From IMG/VR virus record IMGVR_UViG_3300008448_011290: a stretch of 64,000 nt of DNA; one strand, written 5' to 3'. The position numbers and the translations under genes are program-made. This DNA is from a virus. A model generated the notes under the pieces. The model ran no database searches. It saw nothing but the letters and a program-made list of their open reading frames with translations, and was not told the DNA's origin. Of this stretch, positions 29,271 through 39,173 are shown one piece after another (position 1 is the first letter of the stretch; every line of letters begins with the position of its first letter).

Positions 29271-30250
29271 ACTAATCTTGCATTAAATGGTTCTACATAT
29301 AACTGTGCTTGTTCTGTAATCTTTTGTAGATCATACTTGGCACAAAATTTCATGAATCTTATGCCCACTTGTGATATCTGTTTGTTTTCTGCTTTGGCTT
29401 GAGCAATTGTTTGATCTAATTCTTGCACAATAGCTTCTGGTTGTGCATGTAAATCAACCAGTAATCTATTACGCTCATAATCGTCCATAACTCTATGTTC
29501 TACACCTTCCGGATCCATCCATTTACTTAACATTAGATTATTCCAAGCATAACCTTTATTGGTTCTATCTTCGAATGCTTCCAATAAGCCCACTTTGTTT
29601 TTAGTACCTTTTTTACGCACACCTGGGTATGCTGAAAATATATTATCAGATGGATCTCCTCTCATGGCTTTTTCAAATATGGTCCATTCTGCACTCTCTG
29701 TTTTTCTATGCTCTTTGGTTTTATTGTCTATAACAGGATTGCCTTTTTTATCGAAATAGCCATCCACAGTTATGGTTTCCTCAGTAACACCGTTGTATTG
29801 TCGCACATTGGGTGCTATTAATTGATTGAGATCCTTATCTGTACTAATGATTACGTGCTGTTGATCAGGATGCTTGTCAATCCAACGAGCTATTAGATCA
29901 TCTGCTTCACATCTGCCATTCTGTAGCACTGTGACATTAGTCTTGGTTCGAATAAAATCAACAAAATCATCATAGCACTCCCAAAATAATTTATTCTCTT
30001 CTTGCTCAGTTGCTGTCATTGCCTGCACTGTTTCTGCTCTATTTCTTTTATAAGGAGCATAGTGGTCTTTCCTCCAACTACGACCTTCCAAACAGAATAT
30101 CACATGAGTACCATCAAAATCATTCCAGGCTTTTTTAATAGAATTTAAAGTGATATGTATAGCCATACCGATCTTTTCTGATGCATCACCACGTATCACG
30201 TGTCTTGCTCGGAAAAAAGTATTAGCAGTATCGACCAATATATGGGTCAT
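29267..30250 (-). CDS. rnh: T4 RNase H-like 5'-3' exonuclease/flap endonuclease
   Basis: ILVD..N, SWRK..Y..YK.NR, EADDLI, STDKD and GDPSDNI. Confidence 0.85.
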   Translation of the reverse strand: MTHILVDTANTFFRARHVIRGDASEKIGMAIHITLNSIKKAWNDFDGTHVIFCLEGRSWRKDHYAPYKRNRAETVQAMTATEQEENKLFWECYDDFVDFIRTKTNVTVLQNGRCEADDLIARWIDKHPDQQHVIISTDKDLNQLIAPNVRQYNGVTEETITVDGYFDKKGNPVIDNKTKEHRKTESAEWTIFEKAMRGDPSDNIFSAYPGVRKKGTKNKVGLLEAFEDRTNKGYAWNNLMLSKWMDPEGVEHRVMDDYERNRLLVDLHAQPEAIVQELDQTIAQAKAENKQISQVGIRFMKFCAKYDLQKITEQAQLYVEPFNARLV

Positions 30251-30253
30251 ACT

Positions 30254-30556
30254 CTAAGATACCTCAGTCTTGCCGTCGTTTCGTCTATTGATTTGTACAT
30301 AACCTGCACCAGTTATGTCTATGCCTTGCTCATTGCCGATGGTCTTGCACAGGCTTTGAAACCAACGATCCACAATCTCTTCTTCAGATTCTCCTGTGTA
30401 GCCGTTCTGTTTCAACATATTAACAAATTCATCATTCCAGTCTAATTCAAAGAATCCATTTCTTGGGTTTTCTGGATTTACATTCACTTGTAAAACTTTA
30501 ACCATTGGCTCTTCGCTCTTTTGAACTTTTGTATTTTTAGTTTTTTTAACTTTCAT
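30254..30556 (-). CDS. Hypothetical protein
   Basis: 100 aa ORF with FELDWN..F...GY.G..EEEIVD.WF. Confidence 0.7.
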   Translation of the reverse strand: MKVKKTKNTKVQKSEEPMVKVLQVNVNPENPRNGFFELDWNDEFVNMLKQNGYTGESEEEIVDRWFQSLCKTIGNEQGIDITGAGYVQINRRNDGKTEVS

Positions 30557-30563
30557 AAAATAT

Positions 30564-30592
30564 ATTATACTTTATTTTCCATTTTTATGCAA
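30564..30592 (-). promoter_or_regulatory. Sigma70-type promoter (TTGCAT-17-TATAAT), probably leaderless
   Basis: The -10 box ends 7 nt before ATG 30556. Confidence 0.6.
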
Positions 30593-31543
30593 ATAAAAAG
30601 GATTAGGAATACCATTAAAAGTTGGTAAATTAGGATTCATTGCTTGGTAATGTTGAGGATACCAGTCTAGATATTCTAATAATTCATTTACGTCTTTAAA
30701 AAAAGAATTTGTATTAGGTATAATTTTAAATTTAAAATTTGATTCTATCCATGCCGAAAGATAACCTTCTTCAAATACATCTAATGTGGTAAGATCATAA
30801 TTCTGCCGATTTTTTATGCAATCAATGATTGTTTTTATTCGATCTTTAGAGTTATAATCTTTTCTTGTATTTAAAAATTGTTTATGTAGATCTTTTGCTT
30901 GATCATTTATTTCTATTTGTAAATTAAATTTTTGATTTATTTTTTGTATATTTTTAAAAAAATTATCGAATTCCCAAAATGCAGAAATTGGAAAAAAAAG
31001 AGTGTTATTAGGAGCTTTTTTTTTAAAAGACAGATTATCTTGCAAGACCTCATCGTCTTTTATATTCAAAAAATTTAATTTTATAAGATCTCTAAAAATA
31101 AATTTTGGGATAACCAATTTGTTATTAGTATTATAATTATATATGTTTTGTATTTTTTTAGAATAAAGTTTTTCAAGATATGGAGAAAAAATAACTTTTT
31201 CATTTTCCACTTTAATACGAATATCTGGTCGATCTATCTCTTCTACTTGACGTGTGTGTAAACATCTATATAGATATAAAAGATCTTTTTCTTCGATTGT
31301 TATAAAAATATGGGGTTGATCCTCATTTTTAAATTTGTAATTTTCTCTAATTGGATGATATATTATTATTAATTTAGAATATTTAATTTTATTGTTATGA
31401 GAATTTCCACTTTCTACAAAAGGAGTTTCTGTAATTGCAGGTGTTAATGCACTAAATCTATCTAAAAAATATCGTAAATAATTTCCATGAAATCCTGGTT
31501 GATAGGCAATGTTTAAAGGATTATTTTTAAGTTCCCCAGGCAT
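30572..31543 (-). CDS. Hypothetical protein (AT-rich)
   Basis: Start likely ATG 31543. N-terminal YQPGFHGNYL loop is loosely like a sulfotransferase or P-loop. Confidence 0.6.
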   Translation of the reverse strand: MPGELKNNPLNIAYQPGFHGNYLRYFLDRFSALTPAITETPFVESGNSHNNKIKYSKLIIIYHPIRENYKFKNEDQPHIFITIEEKDLLYLYRCLHTRQVEEIDRPDIRIKVENEKVIFSPYLEKLYSKKIQNIYNYNTNNKLVIPKFIFRDLIKLNFLNIKDDEVLQDNLSFKKKAPNNTLFFPISAFWEFDNFFKNIQKINQKFNLQIEINDQAKDLHKQFLNTRKDYNSKDRIKTIIDCIKNRQNYDLTTLDVFEEGYLSAWIESNFKFKIIPNTNSFFKDVNELLEYLDWYPQHYQAMNPNLPTFNGIPNPFYLHKNGK

Positions 31544-32387
31544 TCTTAAACAGTGGCACTTGTAATCTATCACTATATCTATAACCCATTCGCATAGCTA
31601 ACTCTGCCACTCTCCTATTATTCAAGTGATAAACACTCTCTACTCCACCCACAGGCATCAGATATACTGATCCCGAGAATCCTGCTGCTCGATAATCTGC
31701 CACTGCTTGAATTGCTTCTTCGGCATCTTCGTTGGTAGCCACTACAAATTTTAAATACACATGACCTACTTCACTATATTCTGCCACCACTTCAGGCAGT
31801 ATGGCTTCTTCTCTTTTCTCTCCACTCACACTCAATTTTGCACTCACAGAGAATGTTATAGATTCTTTGCTTCTACCGTTCTTCTGACTCCATTCAGTGA
31901 GATATTTTCTAAAATCTGCATGTAATTTTTGTGTGCCGTTGGTTTCAAAAGTGATCTCTTTTAAACCTTGCATCTTGGCATGTTCCAACACATCTGGATA
32001 TGATCTCTGCCAACCCAACAACGGTTCTCCGCCTGTGAATATAAAATGTTCATCCACCCATTTTTTATGAGGCAATATTTCTATTGTTCTTTCCACAATG
32101 GCATCTGATGTCAGCATGGGAGATAAATCTTTGAATCGTGGATCCCATGATGCATATGAATCACAGCCTGTGTTTACTAAAGGCAGCTCTTCATAACTCT
32201 TAAAAGGAAATTGTTTGTGTTGTTCAAACACTCGGTCATTCTCATCACTACGCATGCCTCTGGGCAATCCAAAACCAGCACAAGTGAAGTTACAGCCAAA
32301 CGTTCTTAGGAATACCGAAGGCACTCCCATATAGCGACCTTCTCCTTGTATGCTATAAAATAATTCAGCTACTTTTATTTTGCTCAT
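31527..32387 (-). CDS. queE: 7-carboxy-7-deazaguanine synthase (radical SAM)
   Basis: ELFYSIQGEG, VFLRTFGCNFTC...GCDS, TGGEPLL and ETNGT. Start refined to MSKIK. Confidence 0.9.
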   Translation of the reverse strand: MSKIKVAELFYSIQGEGRYMGVPSVFLRTFGCNFTCAGFGLPRGMRSDENDRVFEQHKQFPFKSYEELPLVNTGCDSYASWDPRFKDLSPMLTSDAIVERTIEILPHKKWVDEHFIFTGGEPLLGWQRSYPDVLEHAKMQGLKEITFETNGTQKLHADFRKYLTEWSQKNGRSKESITFSVSAKLSVSGEKREEAILPEVVAEYSEVGHVYLKFVVATNEDAEEAIQAVADYRAAGFSGSVYLMPVGGVESVYHLNNRRVAELAMRMGYRYSDRLQVPLFKNAWGT

Positions 32388-32775
32388 GTAATGCCTGTAC
32401 TGCTTCAAGTATATCTTTCACATTCTCATCTGTTTGACCTAGAAAAGCATCTGGAAAATCTCTATAAAGTGCATGTTGTATACTTTCCATGTCTACAAGA
32501 GTATTCATTGCCACATGATGTCCTTCTAATTCTCCAGTTCTACGACCAACCATACTCATAGCATCATCTAATTGTTGCATGTTTCGAGTCTCCATCATTA
32601 TGTGAAAATCGGGTAGGTCCATAGATCTAAATCCTAATTTCATTCTCATAACTCGAAATGATTCTAGTTTGCCAGCTTTTACTAATTCGCTAAGAAACGT
32701 ACGAATCTTATCAGCAAAATCTTTTGCATCAACTCCTTCTTTAGGATTGCACCATATATGATATATATCAGCCAA
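32365..32775 (-). CDS. Dimeric alpha/beta-barrel-like protein (DUF6614-like)
   Basis: TTG start. YHIWC...RMKLGF...DFHIM...ALYRDFPD. Confidence 0.55.
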   Translation of the reverse strand: MADIYHIWCNPKEGVDAKDFADKIRTFLSELVKAGKLESFRVMRMKLGFRSMDLPDFHIMMETRNMQQLDDAMSMVGRRTGELEGHHVAMNTLVDMESIQHALYRDFPDAFLGQTDENVKDILEAVQALHEQNKSS

Positions 32776-33760
32776 AATAATCCTCCATTTTTCCTTCTCT
32801 ATAGAAATCTTGTGTTATACAAGATACTCCACCATCCCAGAAGTACCTATGTCTAAAATTAAATACAATAGGTTCAACTTTGTGTTTTTTAAAAAAATCA
32901 AAAACTTCTTTATTATAATTATTGCATATAATTGTGTTTTCGTCAATTGATAACATATTAACATCAAATACTGTTTCTTCTACGTATCCTACCCAATCTT
33001 TCATCCAACTTTCAACAAATTCTATTAGAGCTTCGTTATTCTCTTCGCCTGGAATCCACCAACGTCCTTGAACTTTTTCTTTTATTTTTTGGAAAGGATG
33101 TATTTTACTCCATGATTGATCAGGCAAATAAAGAACGTCCCATTTAGGAAATTCTTTTTCATAATCTTTTATATGCACGTCTTTCAGCGACACAATACAA
33201 CCAGGTTTTACAATAGAAAAACAACCATCCATATGATATCCTTTATTTGATATGTGTATTCTATATCCTTCAGATTCCCATTTTTCTTTAAAGAAATTTA
33301 TATCTTCTGCATTGGGATTTCCCCATGGTAAATCCCAGAATAAATCTTTTCCAATTCTTGCAATAGTTGAAGTATTAACATTTATTTTTTTATTTTTTAA
33401 AAACAAATTTTTTTTGTCTATCTGCTTTAATATTGAACCATAAAAATTAGTTGGTTGTACAGCATAAAACGTTTCTCCGATAACGGCAAAATGATCTCTA
33501 GGATGTACAGGAGGCCTGCCATGCATATTTCCTAGATAATCTTCTTCATTAAATTCTGGTCTATATGTTTTTACTCCAAATTGTTTTAATATTTCAATAA
33601 ATTTTAAATAATCCTCCTCAGTTTCATCAGCCAATCGTTGTAAGGAATTTGTAATTTTTGTATTTTTAGATAATTTTTTGAAATAAGAACTACTAAAATT
33701 TTTACCTACCATACAATGTTTTAAAGGATGAAAGGTAGCATATCCTTTTATAGGTATCAT
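32768..33760 (-). CDS. Amidinotransferase (glycine/inosamine-phosphate amidinotransferase superfamily)
   Basis: HPRD, HMDG, VNMLS and C-terminal GGVSC supply the Asp-His-Cys triad. Confidence 0.8.
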   Translation of the reverse strand: MIPIKGYATFHPLKHCMVGKNFSSSYFKKLSKNTKITNSLQRLADETEEDYLKFIEILKQFGVKTYRPEFNEEDYLGNMHGRPPVHPRDHFAVIGETFYAVQPTNFYGSILKQIDKKNLFLKNKKINVNTSTIARIGKDLFWDLPWGNPNAEDINFFKEKWESEGYRIHISNKGYHMDGCFSIVKPGCIVSLKDVHIKDYEKEFPKWDVLYLPDQSWSKIHPFQKIKEKVQGRWWIPGEENNEALIEFVESWMKDWVGYVEETVFDVNMLSIDENTIICNNYNKEVFDFFKKHKVEPIVFNFRHRYFWDGGVSCITQDFYREGKMEDYFG

Positions 33761-34149
33761 TTTTTATCTTTTTTATCTAATCGGACCACGTTGCCGCTTT
33801 TGAAATGACCCACATTTTCTCTCTGTATGTCATCGTGATTAAATTCTGCCCAATAAAGTTCAAAAGCCACTCCATCTTCTATCCCTTCAAACAAATGATA
33901 GTATCCTGGTTTAACTTTAGTAAAATCTCCCGGTCCTAATACAGTCTCATCAATAAGATCTTGCTGATCTTTCTGCCAAACTTTAATTTTCATTTTACCG
34001 CTTACGACATAAAATCCATTCCATTTGAAATTATGTTTGTGTTTAGAACACACACCACCTGCTTTATAATCTATCTTGTGGAATTCTAATACACCATTGG
34101 CATGTATTAACTCTGTTTGTCCCCAAATTTTTCCTGCTTTATTGCTCAT
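33757..34149 (-). CDS. Cupin-fold protein (sugar isomerase-like)
   Basis: KIWG, SKHKH, FYVVSG, PG.YHLF and E. Confidence 0.75.
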   Translation of the reverse strand: MSNKAGKIWGQTELIHANGVLEFHKIDYKAGGVCSKHKHNFKWNGFYVVSGKMKIKVWQKDQQDLIDETVLGPGDFTKVKPGYYHLFEGIEDGVAFELYWAEFNHDDIQRENVGHFKSGNVVRLDKKDKK

Positions 34150-34155
34150 ATGTAT

Positions 34156-34184
34156 ATTATACAGTTATTTAGATTAAAAGTCAA
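34156..34184 (-). promoter_or_regulatory. Sigma70-type promoter (TTGACT-17-TATAAT) with embedded TAAATA; leaderless
   Basis: Reverse complement reads TTGACTtttaatctaaataactgTATAAT. ATG lies 6 nt downstream. Confidence 0.7.
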
Positions 34185-35089
34185 AATTGTTTATCCTCAT
34201 TAATAAAATTCATTGCTTCTTTAAAATATAAATCCTCAATACCACGAAAAGCATGATGACCCATAGAAAAGGCTGGAAGTCCTTCATTTATACCCCCATT
34301 TAATTCTACATATTTTTTATGTAAATTTTGTGATTCTTCAATAATTTTTTTAGAAATCTCTTTATTTACTACTTGGCTGGTATCGCCTGGATGTTGTATT
34401 ATTAATATTGGTTTTTTTACAGGAAAATTAAAAATTTTTTTAACATCTTTTTGATTTAAACCTATATGAGGATTACATAATATTATTCCATGATATAAAT
34501 TATTTTCAAGCTCATAATAATTATAATATCTCGATATCATTGCAGCTCCAGCGCAACTGCCTTGCAACCAAAGTTTTTTATGTTTAAATTTATTATTAAC
34601 GAAAGATAAAATGTTAGGCAGATCTTTTAAGTATACACTTAGATTTAGAGGAGTGTTTGGAATTGGTTCGAACGTTATATTAGTATTCAAAAGTTTTTTG
34701 TGTAGATCTTTAGTAACTGCATATGGATTATTCCATGGTAACTCATAATTTATACATATTACTACAAAATTGACATTTTGATTTTTAAATAAATGATATA
34801 AATTAAGAGGCCAAATTAAACCATCTGGCATATAATTCGCATCAAGAACATGCAATTTTCCATTTCCACAATTTATTACAAGAATAGTATCCTCATTATC
34901 TTCATTAAACATTGAAAGAAATTTATAAGTTCTTGAACCTATTGTATAGTCTTCTTCGTCGAGGTTATAATTATTACATATTTTTTTAATCTCCTCTTTT
35001 GTAATTATATGACCATGTTCGCAAGCGTCTCCATGGTTACCAATTGCATTCCGTCCACGTGGACTTGACATATCTAAATCAAATTTCAT
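34181..35089 (-). CDS. Alpha/beta hydrolase-fold protein with probable Cys nucleophile
   Basis: Start refined from the ATGA overlap. GSCAG (GxCxG), IQHPGD and GHHAF. Confidence 0.6.
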   Translation of the reverse strand: MKFDLDMSSPRGRNAIGNHGDACEHGHIITKEEIKKICNNYNLDEEDYTIGSRTYKFLSMFNEDNEDTILVINCGNGKLHVLDANYMPDGLIWPLNLYHLFKNQNVNFVVICINYELPWNNPYAVTKDLHKKLLNTNITFEPIPNTPLNLSVYLKDLPNILSFVNNKFKHKKLWLQGSCAGAAMISRYYNYYELENNLYHGIILCNPHIGLNQKDVKKIFNFPVKKPILIIQHPGDTSQVVNKEISKKIIEESQNLHKKYVELNGGINEGLPAFSMGHHAFRGIEDLYFKEAMNFINEDKQF

Positions 35090-35553
35090 TTCTGCCATTC
35101 TTCCCATGGAAATACCACCCATTGTGGATTTTCGTTCTTGTCTATTTCATAACCATAATAATCAATTTTTACCGGAGATGGTCGATTATTGATCACTGCG
35201 GCGTATCGTATTCTATCATGTCGTCCAAAATTATCTATAATGTATTGAAAAGTAGCACCAGTGTCATTGATATCATCAATGATCAATATTTTTTTTTGAA
35301 AAGCAAACTCTCGTTCTAGCACTGATAGATTAGGTTTAGCAGCATGATCTCTTAATCTTACATCTATCACTGCATGTTCTTTCTTCAATCTATGAGATAG
35401 ATACACACCTGGAATACATCCGCCTCTGTTGATACCTAATATTACGTCAGGCAACCACATGTCATGCACTAGTTTGTCTTCGATCTGTATCAGAGCATTG
35501 CGCATCTGTATATTAGTAAAGTATAATTTTTCTACAGTTGCGTTATTTTCCAT
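35086..35553 (-). CDS. gpt: Purine (xanthine/guanine) phosphoribosyltransferase
   Basis: GINRGG, PRPP motif ILIIDDINDTGAT and C-terminal WVVFPWE. Confidence 0.8.
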   Translation of the reverse strand: MENNATVEKLYFTNIQMRNALIQIEDKLVHDMWLPDVILGINRGGCIPGVYLSHRLKKEHAVIDVRLRDHAAKPNLSVLEREFAFQKKILIIDDINDTGATFQYIIDNFGRHDRIRYAAVINNRPSPVKIDYYGYEIDKNENPQWVVFPWEEWQK

Positions 35554-36586
35554 CGAACACTCTGTTCTGTATATTATTAACTCTTACGAAATGAGCACAT
35601 TTGGGCATGTCTTTGATTCTTCTTGCACCAATATAAACACAAGAGCTTCGCACACCACCCAATATCTGTTCCACAGTATCTCTCACCGGACCTCTATTGT
35701 CTAATAGCACTGTTTTACCTTCAGTGCCTCTGTAACCATCTTTGCGAGCACCATGTTGCTCAAATGCTGATTCTGAACTCATACCGTAAAATACTCTTTT
35801 GCCGTTTCTTAATTCTAATTCTGATTCATCGTGAGCTGCTAACATACCACCCAGCATCACAAAGTGAGCACCTGCACCCAATGCTTTGGCTATGTCGCCT
35901 GATTGAGTACAACCACCATCGGCAATGATGTGTCCACCCACTCCATTGGCAGCGTCAGCACACTCTACTATGGCAGAAAATTGTGGCACTCCCACTCCAG
36001 TTTGTGTTCTTGTGGTACAAACAGAACCTGGACCAATGCCTATTTTTACAACATCTGCTCCATTAATGATTAATTCTTCTGTCATCTCTGGCGATACCAC
36101 ATTGCCTGCTATGATAATCTTTTCAGGAAATTCTGATCTTATTCTTTTTACAAAGTCTACAAATTGCTCATGATAAGCATTGGCAACATCGATAGTGATA
36201 GCAGGTATGTCTGGAAATGCTGACATTACTTGTTTCAATGTTTGATAATCTGGTGCTGTTTCATCCCATATAGCACCTGTGCCCACACAAGCAGAAACAT
36301 ATTTGAATTTTAATCCAGAGCCTGCTGTGGTCTTCCAATCATTGAATGAGTAATGTTTGCGAATCACAGTGAGCATTTTATAATCTTGTAATACTCGCGC
36401 CATACTAAATGTACCCACACCATCCATATTAGATGCTATTATTGGAGTATAAGACAATTGTTTCTTGCTGTTTCTAAATGTAAAATCTCGAGTCATCTCA
36501 ACATCTCTGCGAGAATTTAGAGTAGATCTTTTAGGTTTTAGCAGCACATCCGAGTAATCAAGATGTAGATTATAATCTATTCTCAC
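35543..36586 (-). CDS. guaC: GMP reductase
   Basis: DVLLKPKRSTLNSR, SNMDGVG, DVANAY, GIGPGSVCTTR, FYGMSS and GGVRS. Confidence 0.92.
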   Translation of the reverse strand: MRIDYNLHLDYSDVLLKPKRSTLNSRRDVEMTRDFTFRNSKKQLSYTPIIASNMDGVGTFSMARVLQDYKMLTVIRKHYSFNDWKTTAGSGLKFKYVSACVGTGAIWDETAPDYQTLKQVMSAFPDIPAITIDVANAYHEQFVDFVKRIRSEFPEKIIIAGNVVSPEMTEELIINGADVVKIGIGPGSVCTTRTQTGVGVPQFSAIVECADAANGVGGHIIADGGCTQSGDIAKALGAGAHFVMLGGMLAAHDESELELRNGKRVFYGMSSESAFEQHGARKDGYRGTEGKTVLLDNRGPVRDTVEQILGGVRSSCVYIGARRIKDMPKCAHFVRVNNIQNRVFDGK

Positions 36587-36905
36587 CAGTCTCCTCCTCT
36601 CTCGATTTGCACATTCTTAAAATATTTTGATAATGTTCCCATGCTTGTTGTAGAGCGGGATATTTTTCATGCAATTCAAACTCATAATTTCTAAGAGCTG
36701 TGGAGCTCCATCCATCATAAGACACAGTGTATGATGTTGATGCAGTGCCGCTGCCCACGCCTTGCGGCAAGATTGAATTTGCTTGTACTGAAAAAATACC
36801 GGGAATGTTTACTTGTCCTGTTTTTGGATCTAACGATCCATATGACTTTTGATTTTCTAATTCAGGAAATAATGGACAGGTACTGACAGTTGAGCTATTA
36901 GCCAT
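36570..36905 (-). CDS. Hypothetical protein
   Basis: Start likely MANSS at 36905. C-terminal EKYPALQQAWEHY. Confidence 0.6.
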   Translation of the reverse strand: MANSSTVSTCPLFPELENQKSYGSLDPKTGQVNIPGIFSVQANSILPQGVGSGTASTSYTVSYDGWSSTALRNYEFELHEKYPALQQAWEHYQNILRMCKSREEETGENRL

Positions 36906-37650
36906 TGGGACCACTTTGTGCTTCTTGTAATTGTATATTGTGCATAAATTCATTTTTTAATGCAGGATCTGTTTTCAATAAACCTTTCAACACTGTGGTT
37001 TGTGTGCTGGAGTTAGCACTTCTTATACCTCTGTTCTCACAACAGCCGTGTCTTGCTCGTATATAGACTCCTACTGCTGGACTCTCTGTGAGTTTTGTAA
37101 TTTTATAAGCAATCATTTCTGTTAATTCTTCTTGCAGATGTCCTCTGTGTGCCAGATGCTGTGCAACTCGAGTGTATTTGCTCAATCCAATAAGTTTTTT
37201 ACCTGGTAGACAACCAATATAACATATACCTGTTACTGGTTGATGGTGATGCGAACACATACTCTTAATGTCTGCTCGTACCACAATTAATTGATCATAT
37301 CTGCCGTCTTCATTAGGAAATGCTGTTACTTCCGGGGCAGTACTGTATCTTCCGCCCATGATTTCATTAATATACATCTTTGCTAATCTTCGACCTGTAC
37401 CTCTACTGTTGGGATCATTCTCTCTGTCAATAACTAGACTATCCAACACTGCTTCAAATTTAACTTGTAATTCATCAATAAGTTTTTCTCTCTCGCCTTC
37501 TTCAATATATTTGCTAATATTATCTGCTGCAAAAAATCTATCTCCTGATTTTTTAATTCTTTCTCGTATCTGTTGGCTTACAGGTTTATTTTTATCAGTC
37601 CATGTATCTATTAACCCTTGTGCTAGAGGATCTTTATTGATATCAGTCAT
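36898..37650 (-). CDS. folE: GTP cyclohydrolase I
   Basis: T.RRLAKMY, SMCSHH, GLSK..R, LQE and ARHGCCENRG. Start refined to 37650 (TAATG overlap). Confidence 0.92.
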   Translation of the reverse strand: MTDINKDPLAQGLIDTWTDKNKPVSQQIRERIKKSGDRFFAADNISKYIEEGEREKLIDELQVKFEAVLDSLVIDRENDPNSRGTGRRLAKMYINEIMGGRYSTAPEVTAFPNEDGRYDQLIVVRADIKSMCSHHHQPVTGICYIGCLPGKKLIGLSKYTRVAQHLAHRGHLQEELTEMIAYKITKLTESPAVGVYIRARHGCCENRGIRSANSSTQTTVLKGLLKTDPALKNEFMHNIQLQEAQSGPNG

Positions 37651-38177
37651 TAATTTAATTCCTTCCATGGTTTATCTGATCTCATTGTTAATATTATTCT
37701 AGGTTCATTAGTCGGATTTATTGCACTATGAGGAACCTGTGTATTAAAAAATGCTGCTTTATTTAGATATATTCTATCAATTTCTTCCACATCTGATTCT
37801 TTGTATCCATTATAATAATTAATACCAGCACTTTTTTTTTCTAATTGAGCACCTTCTTTTATTTTATAGAATACTGTATAAGTTTTTTCACAATTGTAAA
37901 CAGGAATATTCAATGAATATTTAGTTTTTTCAACAGGACCATAATCTATATGTATTGGAAGTTTTGAATTATGTTTGGTAGAAACGATGGCTACATCAAA
38001 TATTTCATTCCATGGTTTTAATTTTTCTACAGATTCTTTTAATATTTCAATTTCTCCAAAAAACTTTTTATCATAACTCTTGTATGCAGAATTATCTTTG
38101 TGAAAATCTGGAATTTTTTCTAAAACTTTTTTAGATATCTCTTCTAAATTTGGCATATCAACGTATTGGTAATTCAT
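37650..38177 (-). CDS. Double-stranded beta-helix (2OG-Fe(II) oxygenase-like) protein
   Basis: PIHID (HxD), SLNIP and PHSA..PRIILT.R. Confidence 0.55.
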   Translation of the reverse strand: MNYQYVDMPNLEEISKKVLEKIPDFHKDNSAYKSYDKKFFGEIEILKESVEKLKPWNEIFDVAIVSTKHNSKLPIHIDYGPVEKTKYSLNIPVYNCEKTYTVFYKIKEGAQLEKKSAGINYYNGYKESDVEEIDRIYLNKAAFFNTQVPHSAINPTNEPRIILTMRSDKPWKELN

Positions 38178-39169
38178 TAGTTCAAGTCTTTTTGATTGAT
38201 CTTACTATACCATTTTACAGCAGTCTGCACTATGTTGTCAATAGAGCTGTGCTTGGGTTCCCAACCCAATTCACTTTTTGCACGTGTGGTATTTGCTACC
38301 AACACTGGTGGGTCTCCTGCTCTGCGAGCCATTTCAGCAATCTTTATATTGCCCACATATTTTTTAATAGTTTCTAACAGTTGTCTATTGCTGGTACTAA
38401 TACCAGAGCCTAAATTATATCTTTCACAGATCACATTACCTGATGCACGTTGTAGAGATAGAACATGTGCATTGGCAAGATCAGTCACATGCACGTAATC
38501 TCTCACACAGGTTCCATCGGGTGTATCAAAATCTGTACCAAATAATCGAAACTCGCGAGTTTGATATGCTGCTTCTATAGCCAATGGTATGATATGCGAC
38601 TCATCTTCTCTTAGTTCACCTATTTCACTGTCAGCGTCAGCACCTGCAGCATTAAAATATCTTAAACTTACACTGCTTAATCCATAAGCCACATAATAAT
38701 CTTTTAGAATATTTTCTACCATTAATTTGCTTCTACCATAGGGATTGATTGGTTGTAGATCAGTTTCGTCGTCTTCTGCTATACCATTAGCAGGAATACC
38801 ATAAACGGCTGCACTGGATGAGAACACAAACTTGTTTACACCTGCTTCTCTTAATTTGTCTAATAATTGCACAGTCATTATCACATTGTTCTTGTAATAT
38901 TTAGATGGATTTCGTACAGATTCTCCCACTTGTGTGTGTGCGGCAAAATGTATGCAAGAATCTATGTTGTATCTGTGAATTATCTCTTTTAAAAAATCTA
39001 TATCTCGAGGTAGATTACATTCAAATGCTGGTCCGTATTGTGTAGCCCATGGTTTGGTCTTGATATCTCTGTCTACTACCACAGGTGTAAAACCATTTTT
39101 TGTTAATTCTTTAGCAGTGTGAGAACCTATATAACCGGCTCCTCCCACAACCAGCACTGACTTGTTCAT
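38177..39169 (-). CDS. galE: UDP-glucose 4-epimerase
   Basis: GGAGYIGSH, HFAA..VGES, FSSSAAVYG, YGRSK, LRYFNAAGA and DGTCVRDYVHV. Confidence 0.92.
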   Translation of the reverse strand: MNKSVLVVGGAGYIGSHTAKELTKNGFTPVVVDRDIKTKPWATQYGPAFECNLPRDIDFLKEIIHRYNIDSCIHFAAHTQVGESVRNPSKYYKNNVIMTVQLLDKLREAGVNKFVFSSSAAVYGIPANGIAEDDETDLQPINPYGRSKLMVENILKDYYVAYGLSSVSLRYFNAAGADADSEIGELREDESHIIPLAIEAAYQTREFRLFGTDFDTPDGTCVRDYVHVTDLANAHVLSLQRASGNVICERYNLGSGISTSNRQLLETIKKYVGNIKIAEMARRAGDPPVLVANTTRAKSELGWEPKHSSIDNIVQTAVKWYSKINQKDLN

Positions 39170-39173
39170 ACCT

